This document shows, piece after piece, positions 1-11,435 of a DNA stretch of 64,000 nucleotides. This DNA comes from Myxococcota bacterium. GTDB taxonomy: Bacteria > Myxococcota > XYA12-FULL-58-9 > JALHOP01. Positions within the stretch are counted from its first letter, which is position 1; each line of letters opens with the position of its first letter. The translations under genes and the position numbers were made by a program. Under the pieces are notes generated by a model. The model did not search any database and was not told the origin of the DNA. It saw only the letters and a list, made by a program, of their open reading frames with translations. The stretch is from assembly GCA_041288095.1 (NCBI GenBank), contig JBGGMJ010000188.1:32001-96000 (forward strand). Reading direction: 5' to 3'.

Positions 1-1039
1 CTTCCAGTTCAGGCCGCCGGTGCCATCGCTCGAGGCCGTGCGCGCGAAGCTCGGCGTCGGTTACGTCCTCTCCGGCGCGGTCGACGTCGACGGCAAGCGC
101 ATCAGCGTCTCGGTGACTCTCGACGACTTGAAACGCGGTGGCGTTCTCTGGGGCGACCGCTATAGCGGCAGCGTCGACGATATTCACGCCGTGCGCGAGC
201 GCATCGTCACGGCGGTGGTGACGGCGCTTGACCTGCGGATCCCGGGAAACGAAGCACGTCACGCCCTCGCCACCCCCGAAAACCTCGACGCTTGGTCGGC
301 CTACCACGTCGGGCTGCACCACATGTACCGCTTCGACAAGGAAGGAAATCGCCAGGCGGCGCACTACTTCAATCGCGCCATCACGCTCGAGCCCAGCTTC
401 GCGCGCGCCTACGCGGGTCTCTCGTTCGCGCTCTTCGAGGACGCGTTTCTGCGAGTCACCGACGACGTGCCCGCGGCGGTCACCTTGGCCCGGCGCTACG
501 CCGAGGACGGGCTCAATCGCGACGCACTCGATCCGTTCTGCAACCTGGTGATGGGGCGTGCCCTCTGGCTGACCGGCGACCACGAGAGCAGCTTGCCGTG
601 GCTCGAGCGCGCCGTGACCCTGAATCCGAGCTATGCGCAAGGCAAGTACTCCCGCGGTCTGACCGAGGCGCTCATCGGCGCCACGCGCGATGCACGCGGT
701 AACGCCGACGAAGCCATGCAGCTCAGCCCGCTCGACCCACTGCTCTACGGAATGTTCGGCGTGCGAGCGCTTGGTCATCTCGGAGACGGCGACCTGGTCG
801 AAGCGTTGCCATGGGCCGAGCGCGCCGCACGCGCACCGCGCGCTCACGCTTTCATCGCGCTCATTGCCGCCGTCGCCAATCAGGTGAACGGTGAGACCGT
901 GAAGGCCAACGGATGGGTCGCCTCGGCGCGCTCACGTCACCCGGGGATCAGCGGCGCCGACTTCCTCGCCACCTTCCCGTTTCGCGATGAGCGCATGCGC
1001 GGACTCATGTCGCAGGCGTTGCGGCGCCTCGGTCTCTGA
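1..1039 (+). CDS. TolB-like/TPR regulator (adenylate-cyclase/wHTH-associated type), 5'-truncated
   Basis: The frame is open from the window start. It has a 'LGVGYVLSGAV...LWGDRY' TolB-like segment followed by TPR helices (AITLEPSFARAYAGL, AVTLNPSYA, LSPLDP). Confidence 0.75.
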   Translation, partial: FQFRPPVPSLEAVRAKLGVGYVLSGAVDVDGKRISVSVTLDDLKRGGVLWGDRYSGSVDDIHAVRERIVTAVVTALDLRIPGNEARHALATPENLDAWSAYHVGLHHMYRFDKEGNRQAAHYFNRAITLEPSFARAYAGLSFALFEDAFLRVTDDVPAAVTLARRYAEDGLNRDALDPFCNLVMGRALWLTGDHESSLPWLERAVTLNPSYAQGKYSRGLTEALIGATRDARGNADEAMQLSPLDPLLYGMFGVRALGHLGDGDLVEALPWAERAARAPRAHAFIALIAAVANQVNGETVKANGWVASARSRHPGISGADFLATFPFRDERMRGLMSQALRRLGL

Positions 1040-1046
1040 GCAGGCC

Positions 1047-2291
1047 ATGACGGCATGGGGCCATGTTGCCGCGGTGACGGCGCCGCTGTTGTTGGTCGCG
1101 GCGACGGCGAGCGCCTTCTCGGTGTCGCGCACTGACTCGAATCACATCATCAAGTGGTACGATCGTGATTTGATCATCAACCTCCAGGTCGATGCTGACG
1201 GCCCGACACGCCTGGCACCGGGCTACACCTACGCCGATGTTTCGGCGGCGATGCAGAGCGCCGTGCGCTCGTGGAACAACATCAACTGCAGCGCTATCGA
1301 GCTGCGCATCACCAGCACGACGACGTCGACCACCAATGCAGCGTCCGACGGAGTCAGCGGCATCGACGGTATCAGCCGGGCGGTGTGGATCGAGCAGGCT
1401 GCGAGGTACCCCTACAGCGCGGAAGTCCTCGCTGTGACCGCGCCGGTATTTTTCCAGGACGGCACCATCGTCGAGGCAGACGTCATCTTCAATGGCGTGG
1501 ACGATGACTGGGCTGTCTACGCGAACCTTGCCGCCGTGCCTGGCGGTTCGACCGACGGCCAGGCGGTCGACATCGAGAGCGTCGCGGCGCACGAGCTCGG
1601 GCACCTCATCGGCCTGGGCCACGTCTTGGATGGCGCCGCCTTGCCCGAGCCACCGACCATGACCCCGACGATCGATCCGCAACTGCGGACGCGGACGCTC
1701 GATCAGGACGACCAAAACGGCGCATGTTTCTTCTATCCCGCGGGCGGCGGCACGACCAACCCATGTAGCAGCGATGCCCAGTGTCCCGAGCTCATTGCGA
1801 GCCTTGGCGACTCCGAGCAGATCGTCGACCGATCGAGTTGCAGCGACGGCGCTTGCACGAAGATCGAGGATGTACCGTGTGGCGCCGGCAACCCAGGGGA
1901 GCGTTGCTGCAGCGACAACTGCAACAGCGGGCTCAAATGCCAATCCGTCGGCGGTGAAAATAGCTATTGCGCCGCGAGCTGCAACACGACGTTCCCGCTC
2001 CAGTGCCCGGCCGGGTTCACCTGTCTGGCGTTCACGCCCGGCACGCAGGGTATGTGCATCTCGCAAGTGTTGCTTGGCTGCGCCTGCGACACGAACGACG
2101 ACTGCACGCCCCCATGCGCCTGTGACAGTGACTGCGGTAGCCCCGTGACCACCGGCGGCGCGCGAATCAGCGATGTTGGCTGCGGCGCCGGCGGCAACGT
2201 TGCACTCTGGAGCCTGCTGCTTCCGGCCCTGCTCTCGAAGCGCGCGCGCCGGCGGCCCGTGTCACAGGCGCGCGGCGCAACGCCGTCGTGA
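1047..2291 (+). CDS. Secreted matrixin-like (M10/metzincin) metalloprotease with Cys-rich region and MYXO-CTERM-like tail
   Basis: N-terminal signal peptide, HELGHLIGLGH zinc motif, Met-turn (PTMTP), Cys-rich C-half, and tail GCGAGG-hydrophobic-KRARRR. Start moved to the ATG at 1047. Confidence 0.85.
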   Translation: MTAWGHVAAVTAPLLLVAATASAFSVSRTDSNHIIKWYDRDLIINLQVDADGPTRLAPGYTYADVSAAMQSAVRSWNNINCSAIELRITSTTTSTTNAASDGVSGIDGISRAVWIEQAARYPYSAEVLAVTAPVFFQDGTIVEADVIFNGVDDDWAVYANLAAVPGGSTDGQAVDIESVAAHELGHLIGLGHVLDGAALPEPPTMTPTIDPQLRTRTLDQDDQNGACFFYPAGGGTTNPCSSDAQCPELIASLGDSEQIVDRSSCSDGACTKIEDVPCGAGNPGERCCSDNCNSGLKCQSVGGENSYCAASCNTTFPLQCPAGFTCLAFTPGTQGMCISQVLLGCACDTNDDCTPPCACDSDCGSPVTTGGARISDVGCGAGGNVALWSLLLPALLSKRARRRPVSQARGATPS

Positions 2292-2311
2292 GCCCCTCGA
2301 TACTGTCCGCC

Positions 2312-2848
2312 ATGGATATCCAGTTTCGTCGCGCCATTGGCGCGCTACCTGTCGTCGCCGCGTCATCGTCATCATCAGCGCGCGAGCGTGCGCTCCCCGC
2401 GCCGCCGCCATCGCCGTTGCCCGCAAGCTCTCGCTTTGCGCAACTGGACCGCGCCAAGGCGCCAGCGCTGGTCAGCGCCGGCCGGGATGCGGCCCTCGGC
2501 GCCCACCCGCTGGTCGGCAACTGGGTCATGCACATTTACCTCACCGACGAGCAGGGCAAGCCCGTGCTCTTTGACGACCTCCTGCGGGTCGAACAAGGCC
2601 CCAACGGCCTCACCGGCGAGCTCGAGGTCCCCGACCGCTTCAAGGCGAAGCTTCGCACCGTCGAGACCTCCGGCGACAAGTTCTACATCGACATCGAGGC
2701 CGTCGAGCGCGGCAACAAGATCGAAGTGAAGTACGAAGGGGTCTTCCACCCGACCAAGGACACGTTCATCGGCTTCGCCCACGTGCTGCCGGGGAACGAG
2801 CTCCTCGGCGGCTTCGTCGGCCAGCGACTAGCGTCCGCGACGCGCTAA
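2312..2848 (+). CDS. Hypothetical protein (low-complexity N-terminus, beta-rich C-terminal domain)
   Basis: Clean ORF with typical codon use. Start is 2288 (GTG) or 2312 (ATG). Confidence 0.6.
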   Translation: MDIQFRRAIGALPVVAASSSSSARERALPAPPPSPLPASSRFAQLDRAKAPALVSAGRDAALGAHPLVGNWVMHIYLTDEQGKPVLFDDLLRVEQGPNGLTGELEVPDRFKAKLRTVETSGDKFYIDIEAVERGNKIEVKYEGVFHPTKDTFIGFAHVLPGNELLGGFVGQRLASATR

Positions 2849-2871
2849 AATAGAGCGTACCGGTCGCTTCG

Positions 2872-3966
2872 CTAGTTGGCCGCGACCGGTCGCTGCACCT
2901 GCGCGCCGCCTTCGTCACGCTCGTCGCCGTTGGCGATGACCGCCGCTTGCGCCTCGCGTACGCGCTCACGCATCTCGACGCGCCTCAGGTTCACCTCGCC
3001 GTCGCGCGTGACACGCGAGAACAGCGTCACCTGCGGCTGGAACAAGAAGAGCAGCCAGAGCTTGGTGTACGAGTTGTAAGACTGGAGCGTGTCGTACATC
3101 TCGGGCGCCAGCTTCTTGAGCGCCGGCAAGCGGTGCCACGGCACGAACGGAAAGTCGTGGTGCTCGTTATGGTAGCCGACGTTGAGCGCCAGGATGTTCG
3201 CCGGTCCGTAATAGCTGCCGGTCTCCTGGTTGTGCTCCCAGGTGAGGTAGTGCTCTTGGATCCAGCGCGCGCCGGCGGGATGCGGGCCGATGCTGAAGAT
3301 GAGCGACGCGCCCATGTAGAGGATCGCCATCGGGCCAAAGAAGTAGAGGATGGCGGCGTCGAACGCGAACGAGAGGGCGATGTTGGTGATGACGCCCGGG
3401 GTCACGAACGAGATGTTCCCCGCCTTCGAGAAGCGAATGACGCGCAGCGATTGGAAGATGGGGAAGAAGAGCTGCCAGAGGAGCTTGCCGAAGATGGACG
3501 AGCCGATGAGCTTCGCCTCCCAGTGCGAGGGCAGGTCGGCATCGAGCAGGTAGTCACCCTGAAACTTGTGGTGCTTCAGGTGATAGATGCGGAACGATTC
3601 CGCGGAGGGCACGAGCATCGGCAGGTTCGCGAGAATGCCGAAGGCGCGGTTGGTCCACTTCTCTTTGTTGATGAGGTTGTGCGTCGCTTCATGGATGAGG
3701 ACCCACAAACAATGGGTCGCCCAAGCGCCGACGACCCACGCGACCGCGAGCACGAGCCACCACGGTTGATTGCGCAAGGCGAAGGCGAGACCGACCTGCA
3801 AAGCGACGACGCCGCTGACGATCAGCGCCGAGAGCGGCTGGCGGCCGAAGAGCTTACGAACTTCGGGGTGATCCTCGAGGATCTTGCGCGCCCGGTCGCG
3901 GTGGGGCTCGGGGTACTCGACGTGGGTGAACTTCTTGCCACGGAGGGGGGCAGCGGCAGTTTCCAT
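2872..3966 (-). CDS. Sphingolipid delta-4 desaturase/C4-hydroxylase-like (DES1/DEGS family) membrane desaturase
   Basis: N-terminal 'EPHRDRARKILEDHPEVRKLFG' (Lipid_DES-like), His boxes HEATH, HLKHH and HNEHHDFP, plus the 'SYYGP.N....NVGYH' motif. Confidence 0.85.
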   Translation of the reverse strand: METAAAPLRGKKFTHVEYPEPHRDRARKILEDHPEVRKLFGRQPLSALIVSGVVALQVGLAFALRNQPWWLVLAVAWVVGAWATHCLWVLIHEATHNLINKEKWTNRAFGILANLPMLVPSAESFRIYHLKHHKFQGDYLLDADLPSHWEAKLIGSSIFGKLLWQLFFPIFQSLRVIRFSKAGNISFVTPGVITNIALSFAFDAAILYFFGPMAILYMGASLIFSIGPHPAGARWIQEHYLTWEHNQETGSYYGPANILALNVGYHNEHHDFPFVPWHRLPALKKLAPEMYDTLQSYNSYTKLWLLFLFQPQVTLFSRVTRDGEVNLRRVEMRERVREAQAAVIANGDERDEGGAQVQRPVAAN

Positions 3967-4005
3967 GGCGCCTAATGCGATTCCGAAGGGCTTTTCGTCA
4001 AGCCA

Positions 4006-5028
4006 TTAAGGGACCAGGACGACCTTCCCCGTGTTCTTGCGGTCCTGGATGTAATGGTGCGCCGCGGCGGCCTCCGCGAGGGGGAAAGTTTGGCCGACAT
4101 GCGGGCGTATCTTGCCTTCGCGCGCCCACGCCATGATCTGCCGCATCCAGCCGGCGACTAGGTCTTGCTGCTTCCACAGGTGGCCGAGGTTCACACCAAT
4201 CACCGCCTTATTGGCATTCATAAGTGCGATGGGGCTGAACTGGAGCCACGGGACCTTCACGAAGTTGGTGAGCGCCGCCATGACGTTGCGGCCTTTGCTT
4301 TGCGCGGCACCGGAAAAGCCGATGCAGGCAAGACGGCCGGTGGGTGCGAGGACCGCCATGCTCTTGGTCCACGACTCGCCGCCAATGGGGTCGATGACGA
4401 GGTGCACGCCTTCGCCGTTGGTCAGGCGCATGACCTCGCTCTCGAAGTCCTGAGTACGGTAGTCGATGCAGTGATGCACTCCGCGATCGCGGAGGAACGG
4501 ATGTTTGGCGGCGCTTGCCGTGCCGTAGATCTCGGCGCCGACGATGCGCGCGATGTCGATTGCGGCGAGGCCGACACCGCCCGCGGCGCCGTGGATGAGG
4601 ATGCGCTCGCGCGCCTTGAGAGCGCCCATGACGACCATCGTCTGATAAGCGGTCACGCCGTTCACCGGCAGGGCGACCGCCTCCGGGAAGGTCATATTGT
4701 CCGGAATAGCGAACACCTGGCGCGGCGACACGCAGACGACATCGGAGTAGCCGCCGAAGCGGCAGAGTGCGACCACTTTGTCGCCCACCTTGAAGCCCGA
4801 AGACGGATCGTCGAGCTTGTCGATGATCCCGGCGACCTCGTAACCGACGACACAGGGCATGGGCGGCGCGTCGGGATAGACGCCGATGCGAGCCATGATG
4901 TCGGCGAAGTTGATGCCGCAAGCCTGCACCTGGATGCGCAGCTGGCCCGGCCCCGGCTCGGGGTCGCGGTCTTCGCGGAGCTGCAACACCTCGGGCGGGC
5001 CGACGCGGGTGATCCAAACCTGACGCAT
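4006..5028 (-). CDS. VAT-1-like MDR-family NADPH quinone oxidoreductase
   Basis: GINFADIMARIGVYP, GYEVAG, IHGAAGGVG and RKNTGKVVL motifs; no Zn ligands. Confidence 0.85.
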   Translation of the reverse strand: MRQVWITRVGPPEVLQLREDRDPEPGPGQLRIQVQACGINFADIMARIGVYPDAPPMPCVVGYEVAGIIDKLDDPSSGFKVGDKVVALCRFGGYSDVVCVSPRQVFAIPDNMTFPEAVALPVNGVTAYQTMVVMGALKARERILIHGAAGGVGLAAIDIARIVGAEIYGTASAAKHPFLRDRGVHHCIDYRTQDFESEVMRLTNGEGVHLVIDPIGGESWTKSMAVLAPTGRLACIGFSGAAQSKGRNVMAALTNFVKVPWLQFSPIALMNANKAVIGVNLGHLWKQQDLVAGWMRQIMAWAREGKIRPHVGQTFPLAEAAAAHHYIQDRKNTGKVVLVP

Positions 5029-5045
5029 GCTATGGTCGCTCCCTC

Positions 5046-5717
5046 ATGAGTCTGCGCATCGAATCACACACCTTGGGCGTCTTCGGCGTGAACGTGTACC
5101 TCGTCACCGACGAGGTGACTGGCACACAAGCGATCATCGACACCAGCGAGACCGACGAAGTCCTCGAGCTTTTCAAAGACAGCAATCCTTCCTTGATTCT
5201 GCTCACCCACGCGCATCTTGACCACGCCGGTGCGTTGCCTTTTTTGCAAGAACGTTTCCCGAACGCGACGACGGTGTTGCCGCGGCTCGAGCAAGAGTTC
5301 TTCATGACGTTGAAGCAGCAAGGCTCGTGGTTCGGCTCGCCCCACCTGAACCGTCCGCTCGGGCGGATTGACCGCCTCGTCGACGATGGTGATGTTATCG
5401 GCGTGGGCGCGACGTCATTGAAGTTCCTCTCCACGCCCGGACACACGCCGGGCATGGGCTGCTTCTACGATGACCACGACATCTTCGTCGGCGACACGCT
5501 CTTCGCCGGCAGCATCGGCCGCACCGATCTGCCGACCGGCAACCCCGCGCTCATGAAGGCGAGCCTGAAGAAGCTCCTGGCGCTCCCAGGGCACCTCCGT
5601 GTTCACAGTGGCCACGGTCCGATGACGACGCTCGGCGAAGAGCTCGCGACCAATCCTTTCCTCGGCTTCATCCGTGCCGAGCGCGGCATCGACGGCGACG
5701 ACGGAGTCGACTGGTGA
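5046..5717 (+). CDS. MBL-fold metallo-hydrolase (glyoxalase II/YcbL-like)
   Basis: THAHLDHAG, TPGHTPG, GDTLFAGSIGRTD and SGHG motifs. Confidence 0.9.
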   Translation: MSLRIESHTLGVFGVNVYLVTDEVTGTQAIIDTSETDEVLELFKDSNPSLILLTHAHLDHAGALPFLQERFPNATTVLPRLEQEFFMTLKQQGSWFGSPHLNRPLGRIDRLVDDGDVIGVGATSLKFLSTPGHTPGMGCFYDDHDIFVGDTLFAGSIGRTDLPTGNPALMKASLKKLLALPGHLRVHSGHGPMTTLGEELATNPFLGFIRAERGIDGDDGVDW

Positions 5718-6238
5718 CCGTGTTCGTCGAATATTCGACGGATCCGATCCGTCTGACCGAGCAAGGTGTTTGGATGCACGGCGACGACAGGATCATTCCG
5801 CGCGTCGCCGAGCTCTTCGCCCGCCACCTCGCAGTGACCCCGGAGGGTCGATACCGCATCGTCATCGATCGCCAGAGCGCGCCCATCGAGGTCGCCGACA
5901 CGGCTTGGTTCGTGCGCAGCCTCGATGCGGTCGAAGACGGCGACACGCTACGTGAGGTCGATCTCACGCTGTCGGACGGCAGCACGCACCGTCTCGACGG
6001 CTCGACGCTGATGCAGAGCGACGCCCATGTTCTGTATTGCCGGGTCCCTTGCCGGACCTACGTCGACGGGGCGCTGCGCGGTGCATCGATGGTGCCTTGT
6101 CGCTTTCCGCCGGGGCTCTATCACCAGCTGGCGCTGCGCGCGGAGCTGGAAGACGGGGCCGGCGTTCTCTCCATCGCTGGGGTACGTTATCGCTTCGGCC
6201 CCTATGATCCATCGCCGAGACCGACCAAGAATGAGTAG
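5714..6238 (+). CDS. Hypothetical protein, DUF1285-like
   Basis: Pattern 'GVWMHGD..I..RV..LF', 'IEVADTAWFV', 'LYCRV'; overlaps the upstream stop by 4 bp. Confidence 0.55.
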   Translation: MTVFVEYSTDPIRLTEQGVWMHGDDRIIPRVAELFARHLAVTPEGRYRIVIDRQSAPIEVADTAWFVRSLDAVEDGDTLREVDLTLSDGSTHRLDGSTLMQSDAHVLYCRVPCRTYVDGALRGASMVPCRFPPGLYHQLALRAELEDGAGVLSIAGVRYRFGPYDPSPRPTKNE

Positions 6239-6262
6239 ATTAGAGCTGGGGGGTGTTCGCCC

Positions 6263-6751
6263 ATGAACACGATTGGCTGGTTGGTGGCGGTGTTGGTGTC
6301 GGCAGGAACGCCGAAAGTTGGTGATATTGCGCCGGATTTCACGGCCAAAGACGTCGAGGGACGCGACATCAGTCTCTCGCAGCTCGCATCGCAAGGTCCC
6401 GTCCTCTTAGCGTTCTTCCCCAAGGCTTTCACTCCAGGCTGCACCAAGCAGCTCTCGGCTTACGCCACCGAATATGCCGAGCTGCGTGAGCGCAACGCCC
6501 AGGTCGTCGCGGTATCGATGGACGATCTGAAGACCCAGAAGAAGTTCAAGGAATCACTCGGCGCGGGTTTCATCTTCATCGCCGACCCGCAGGGAAAGAT
6601 CGTGCGCTTGTTCGACTTGCGTGACCAAGCGCAGGCGAAACGCGCCGCTTTCGTGATTGACCGTGAGCGCCGGGTCTTGCGCGTCGACCTTGGTGACCAC
6701 GCCATGGACGCTACCGACAAGACCATCAAGTCGTGCGAGACCTCCGGCTGA
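6263..6751 (+). CDS. Peroxiredoxin (BCP/PrxQ, AhpC/TSA), possibly exported
   Basis: APDFTAKD and [13 protein letters not shown] (PxxxTxxC) motifs; hydrophobic N-terminus. Confidence 0.85.
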   Translation: MNTIGWLVAVLVSAGTPKVGDIAPDFTAKDVEGRDISLSQLASQGPVLLAFFPKAFTPGCTKQLSAYATEYAELRERNAQVVAVSMDDLKTQKKFKESLGAGFIFIADPQGKIVRLFDLRDQAQAKRAAFVIDRERRVLRVDLGDHAMDATDKTIKSCETSG

Positions 6752-6820
6752 TCCGTCGATCACCTCTGGTCAAACCCCCTCCCATCCCCTACATAGCGCG
6801 GCTCTCGGAGCTTCTGCCCC

Positions 6821-7195
6821 ATGCCGCGCCACCCCCTCACCGAACAAGCACATCACGTCTGGTGGAGTGATGTCTGCGAACGCCTCGACGCCATCCGTCA
6901 CGACCTGCCCCCCGATCTCGTCGGTCGCTTGCAGTTCGTCACCGAGACGGTCGCGGGCGGGGATTTCTTTTACCTCGTCGTCGATGGTGTCCGCTCGCGC
7001 ACGGGTGTCGGTCGGCTTTCGGGCGCTGATGCGTTCATCGAGATCGATCGCGAAGCGCTCGCCGGCATCCTCGCCGGTGACGTCAAAACCGCCCCGGCGT
7101 TTCGCGTCGCCGGCAGCGACCGGCTGTTCACGCGCCTGCACGAAGAGCTGAGCCGCTTCGCCGAGAACGATACCTGGGTGAAGCTGACCAACTAG
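6821..7195 (+). CDS. SCP2 sterol/lipid-binding domain protein
   Basis: SCP2-like pattern 'LQFV...FYLVVDG...ADAFIEID..ALAGILAG......FRVAG'. Confidence 0.55.
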   Translation: MPRHPLTEQAHHVWWSDVCERLDAIRHDLPPDLVGRLQFVTETVAGGDFFYLVVDGVRSRTGVGRLSGADAFIEIDREALAGILAGDVKTAPAFRVAGSDRLFTRLHEELSRFAENDTWVKLTN

Positions 7196-7222
7196 GGGTG
7201 CTGTCGGGTGCGCGCCGGCGGT

Positions 7223-7588
7223 TTACTTCTGCTTGTCTTTCTTTTCGTCTCTGACGACGCGCTTGCTCGGGCGCGACAAGCCGTTCTGGTACTCCTCGAA
7301 GGACTGGTCGCGAAAGACGGCGTCGACGAGCTGCGCGGCGGCGCCCTCGTCATCGTTCTTCGCGAGGTTCTTCTGGATCCAAGGTCGTAAGAGGGCTTTC
7401 GCGGCTTCCATCTGCTGCGGTCCGATTTGGCGGACAGCGGCGTTGTATTGCGCGGCGATGGCTCTGTACTCGTGCTCGCTGATGCGGCCCTGGGCGTTGC
7501 GCGCCGCCGGCTGACTCGAGGGCTGTGTCGCTTGGCTCACCGCCGTGCGGGCGACGTCGCGGAACGCTCCTGGGTTGAAATCCACCAT
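7223..7588 (-). CDS. Hypothetical protein
   Basis: ATG preceded by an AGGAG-like RBS; hydrophilic helical ORF. Confidence 0.6.
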   Translation of the reverse strand: MVDFNPGAFRDVARTAVSQATQPSSQPAARNAQGRISEHEYRAIAAQYNAAVRQIGPQQMEAAKALLRPWIQKNLAKNDDEGAAAQLVDAVFRDQSFEEYQNGLSRPSKRVVRDEKKDKQK

Positions 7589-7603
7589 GGCTCTAAGCGC
7601 TCC

Positions 7604-7987
7604 TTACGTGCTGTGCCGTCGGTTGATGCCGATGCGTGTCGCTTCGGGCGGCTTGAAGGCGCCCTTGACGCTGCTGCTCGCCTCCTCCGGGAGTGGCTTG
7701 GGCGGCCGGCGTGTCCCGCCGTGCGTCATGGCCGCGAGGCTCGCGGCTCGACTGCTCACCGCCGGCAGCACGCGCTGCATGAGGATGCGCGCGACCTCCG
7801 GCCCGTCGCCGGCGTTGAAGAAGGCGGCGATGCAGGTGATCTCACCGACCAAGTCGTAGAGCTGCACGGCGTCGTTCACGCCGAGGAAGTCGCGGGTGAT
7901 CTCGGCGATGTCCATCTCCGTGAGGAACACCGAGCCGTTGGCCCTGCGGCGCATGCGGCTGGCGACGATGTCGATGGCTGGCATCAT
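7604..7987 (-). CDS. Hypothetical protein
   Basis: ORF co-oriented with 7223-7588, 15 bp apart. Confidence 0.55.
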   Translation of the reverse strand: MMPAIDIVASRMRRRANGSVFLTEMDIAEITRDFLGVNDAVQLYDLVGEITCIAAFFNAGDGPEVARILMQRVLPAVSSRAASLAAMTHGGTRRPPKPLPEEASSSVKGAFKPPEATRIGINRRHST

Positions 7988-8149
7988 GGCGGAAAACGGC
8001 CTCTTCTGACGCTAGTTTACGCTATCAGACCTACACAGCAGAGCCCGGAAACGTGCAAAAAACGCGGTCCGGCTCCATCCTGGACTCTCGCCGCCCCCGA
8101 AAGTAAGCAAAGACATTGAGGAAGTGGGCCGCCACAGGCCTGGGAGATC

Positions 8150-9474
8150 ATGCGCGTTACGGTCATCGGCACGGGGTACGTTGGGCTGGTCACGGGGACG
8201 TGCCTTGCCGACATGGGCAACGATGTCGCCTGTCAGGACATCGACGCCGCCAAAATCGAGAAGCTCGAGCGCGGCGAGATCCCCATCTACGAGCCGGGCC
8301 TCGCGGAGCTCGTGACGCAGAACCTACGCGGTAAGCGCCTCGCCTTCACGACCGATCTGGCCACGGCCCTTGCGGGCGCCGAGATCGTCTTCATCGCCGT
8401 CGGCACACCGCCCGCCGAGGACGGCAGCGCCGATCTCAAGCACGTGCTCGGCTGCGCTCGTGATGTCGCGCGCGTGCTGCGGGGCGCCGCTGTCGTGGTG
8501 GTGAAGAGCACGGTCCCGATCGGTACCTGCGATCTCGTGCGCGACGCCATGAACGAGATCCTGCGCGAACGTAACGCCGGCTTCACCTGCGAGGTCGTGT
8601 CGAACCCCGAGTTCCTCAAGGAGGGGTCCGCGATCGAGGACTTCATGCGCCCGGACCGCATCGTCGTCGGCGTCGCCGGGGAAGAGGGCGCCGCCGTGAT
8701 GCGCAAGCTCTACGCTCCCTTCGTGCGCAACAAGCATCCGCTCATCGTCATGGATGTCCGTTCCAGCGAAATGACCAAATACGCCTCGAACGTCATGCTG
8801 GCTGCACGCATCTCGATGATGAACGAGCTCGCGGCCATCTGCGAGCGGCTCGGCGCCGACATCATGAGCGTCCGCGACGGCGTCGGCAGCGACCAGCGTC
8901 TAGGCATGGCTTTCCTCTATGCCGGTGTCGGTTATGGCGGATCATGTTTCCCCAAGGACGTGCAGGCATTGGCGCGCATCGCCCGCGGGGTCGGAGTAAC
9001 GCCGGACGTTCTCGACGCGGTCGAGCGCGTCAACGCCCGGCAGAAGCTCCTGGTCGCCGAGCGCGTCATGGCCCATTTCGGGGGCCAGCTGAAGGACAAG
9101 CGCATTGCCTTGTGGGGCCTCGCCTTCAAGCCCAAGACCGACGACATGCGCGAGGCGCCGTCGCTCGTGATCATCGACGCGCTGACGCGGGCGGGCGCGA
9201 CCATTCACGCATACGACCCGGAAGCGATGCCCAACGCACGCAAGCTCCTCGGCGGGAACCCGCGGGTGACCTTCGCGTCCGACGCCTACGGCGCCGCCGA
9301 AGGCGCGGATGCCTTGTGCCTGGTCACCGAGTGGGGTGCTTTCCGCGCCCCCGACTTCGAGCGCATCCGCGCGTCGATGCGGCAGCCGTTCATCGTCGAC
9401 GGGCGCAATCAATACGAGCCGCAGGAGATGCAGCGCCTCGGTTTCACCTACGTCGGAGTGGGGAGGGCGGTGCA

Positions 9475-9478
<4 letters not shown>
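8150..9478 (+). CDS. ugd: UDP-glucose 6-dehydrogenase
   Basis: [25 protein letters not shown] and [13 protein letters not shown] motifs. Confidence 0.95.
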
Positions 9479-10400
<922 letters not shown>

Positions 10401-10404
<4 letters not shown>

Positions 10405-11435
10405 GCGTGGTGAAGAAGCGGGCGCTCATCACCGGCATCACCGGCCAAGACGGCAGCTACTTGGCGGAGCTGCTGCTCTCGAAGGGCTACGACGTCTACG
10501 GCCTCATTCGCCGGGCATCGACGTTCAATACGTCGCGTATCGATCACATCTACGCCGACCCGCACGAGAAGCCGCCGCTTCGCCTCATCTACGGTGACCT
10601 GAGCGACGCCTCGAGCTTGAATCAGGCGCTGCGCGAGGCGCAACCCGACGAGATCTACAACCTTGGCGCCCAGTCGCACGTGCGTGTCTCGTTCGACATC
10701 CCCGAGTACACGGGTGACGTCACCGGCCTCGGCACCCTGCGCATGCTCGAGGCGATCCGCGAGACCGGCATCAAGGCGCGTTTCTATCAGGCCTCGTCGA
10801 GTGAGCTCTACGGCGCGGTCCGCGAGGTGCCGCAGCGCGAAGCCACGCCGTTCAATCCGCGTAGCCCGTACGCAGCCGCCAAAGCGTACGCGTTTTACGT
10901 GGTCGCAAACTACCGCGATGCCTACGGCATGCACGCTTCGAACGGCATCTTGTTCAACCACGAGAGCGAGCGCCGCGGCGAAACCTTCGTGTCGCGCAAG
11001 ATCACGCGCGCCGTCGCGCACATCAAGTATGGCCTCCAGGACAAACTCTACCTGGGGAACCTCGATGCGCAGCGCGACTGGGGCTACGCGCCGGACTACG
11101 TGCAGGCCATGTGGCTCATGCTGCAGGCCGAGTCGCCCGACGACTACGTGATCGCCACCGGCGAGATGCACACCGTGCGCGAGATGGTCGAGGCCGCGTT
11201 TGGTCTGGCGCAGCTCGATTGGCAGAAGCACGTCGCTATCGATCCCAAATACTTCCGCCCAACGGAGGTCGAGCAGCTCCTCGGCGATTCCACCAAGGCC
11301 CGGACCAAGCTCGGGTGGAAGCCCCAGGTCGGTTTCCAGGAGCTCGTGTCGCGGATGGTGAAGCACGACTTGGAGCTCGTGCGACGCAAGGTCGAAGGCC
11401 ACCGCGAGCGCGCCAACGAGACGCGGAGCGACTAG
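10401..11435 (+). CDS. gmd: GDP-mannose 4,6-dehydratase
   Basis: [33 protein letters not shown] and [17 protein letters not shown] motifs; ATGA overlap. Confidence 0.95.

Noticed and set aside
8944..9474. N-terminal extension of the 486 aa uxs ORF (likewise for gmd, MFS, DUF268, helicase, ZnF and PilZ ORFs)
   Set aside because: The Arg-rich off-frame extensions overlap upstream genes. True starts lie at the start-stop overlaps or RBS sites, so these are not fusions or frameshifts.
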